The notes under the pieces are model-generated. The model did not search any database. It had not been told where the DNA came from and saw only the letters and a list, made by a program, of their open reading frames with translations. A program made the translations under genes and the position numbers. Positions 62,867 through 64,000 of a stretch of 64,000 nucleotides of DNA are shown in pieces; position 1 is the stretch's first letter, and each line of letters starts with the position of its first letter. This stretch comes from Dudresnaya verticillata (taxonomy: Eukaryota): positions 1,860,001 to 1,924,000 of the forward strand of contig OZ374559.1 in NCBI GenBank assembly GCA_977862235.1. The letters are read 5' to 3'.

Positions 62867-63241
62867 ATGAAGATTACCGCTATGCTCTGCATCTGCCTAG
62901 CATTCGCAGCTCTACATGCATCAAATGGACGATTTATTTCCGGTGACCAGCAGACAGAAGCCGTCAAGGTCAAGAAAAATATGCTCTTCACTCAAGGCGA
63001 GAACGCTGCAGAGATCCCAGCCTTTCCTTCTGAGCAACGTGATGGCCGCTTCAATGCCATTACTGTTCGCCAGGGCTATTATAGTACCGCTCCTCGACCA
63101 CCGCCTCCCCCTCCGGCGGCGTGCCCGTGCAGATGCACGACGTATACAAATGCAGTTCAACAGTGCAGAAGGTTCTCTGAACGAAGGTGCTGGCTGCAGC
63201 CACAGAAATGTAGTGGAGATCGGGTCATGTGCTGTTGCTAA
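62867..63241 (+). CDS. Secreted Cys-rich prepropeptide, copy D (H>Y variant)
   Basis: CTTYTNA instead of CTTHTNA. Confidence 0.8.
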   Translation: MKITAMLCICLAFAALHASNGRFISGDQQTEAVKVKKNMLFTQGENAAEIPAFPSEQRDGRFNAITVRQGYYSTAPRPPPPPPAACPCRCTTYTNAVQQCRRFSERRCWLQPQKCSGDRVMCCC

Positions 63242-64000
63242 GTTTTTTGTGGTCTTTTTCTCCTTTTAGCTGGACAAGCAATTCACGAATAAGATTGTTT
63301 TAGTTCTCAAATAGCCTCTTATTGCAATAAATATTGCTGTGAAATGCGTTAGAGTTGGACTACTGATTCATGATCGTGTACTTTCTTTGGTACTAGTAGA
63401 TAGCATCCATTAGGGAAGACGTCTCGCTTTGATAAAAGGATACATGCTCCTTTTCTGCAATTGTGGATGGAATGGCCCCCTCTTTTGGATACCAAGTGTA
63501 GTACTTACTGACTCTCTTTGGATTTTCTATCGCGATGTTAAAGAAGGCTAATCATTCAGCTCTTTGAAGAAGGGAATCCTGCAAACCTACTTCATATCTC
63601 CAACTTTTGTCCATACAAATCCTGTCCCAATGTTTCCATCCGCTGACGCTGTTGAAGCGAACGGCGAAGGAAATCGCAGTGATGGGTATTGTGGGATATT
63701 TGGTGAGGTAGATCTGCCTGTCACGACGTCTTTAATCCCAATGATGGTTACAAACGTTGAGTCATGTTACCTTCCGGAAAATAAATACGGTAAGGTAATG
63801 CTCCCTCGGTAAAAGTAATCTATTAGGCTAAGAGAGCATCTATAGACTGCATGGGTTATCATAGATTTATGCTTGGAACTTTGCCGTATATTAATAATGC
63901 GATGCGAAATGAAGGTATTGTTTCACTGACTTGTTTCGGAACGGATGCTTTATGGGATTTTTATGACCATAGCTTCAATCTCGGTCTTAATTGACATCGC

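Larger units (their letters stand above)
41073..64000 (+). repeat. Head-to-tail tandem array, 8963-bp unit (41073-50035, 50036-58998, 58999-beyond 64000)
   Basis: Every ORF recurs at +8963 (e.g. 41201/50164/59127; 44854/53817/62780) with essentially identical translation. Confidence 0.97.

Overview
Eukaryotic DNA; the intron-poor genes, GC-rich gene island and CRE-like/Copia retroelements suggest a red alga (inference). Left part (1-22 kb): an intact casein kinase 1-like kinase domain at the window edge; four paralogous secreted two-domain proteins with S/T/P-rich linkers; a divergent bZIP / C2H2 zinc-finger pair separated by an array of 13 palindromic ATCGCGAT motifs; and decayed non-LTR (RT/RLE) retroelement fragments. 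Right part (23-64 kb) is an amplicon. A near-identical 8963-bp unit is repeated head-to-tail at least 2.5 times (41073-64000) and carries a secreted Cys-rich prepropeptide gene and a CK1-like pseudogene. An inverted copy of about 7 kb of that unit (about 23245-35114) holds a full-length young Copia element. Between the inverted arms lies the most striking gene: an MLKL-like N-terminal helical domain, a kinase and a WD40 array whose near-identical repeats vary mainly at HET-E-type specificity positions, interrupted by one in-frame TGA.
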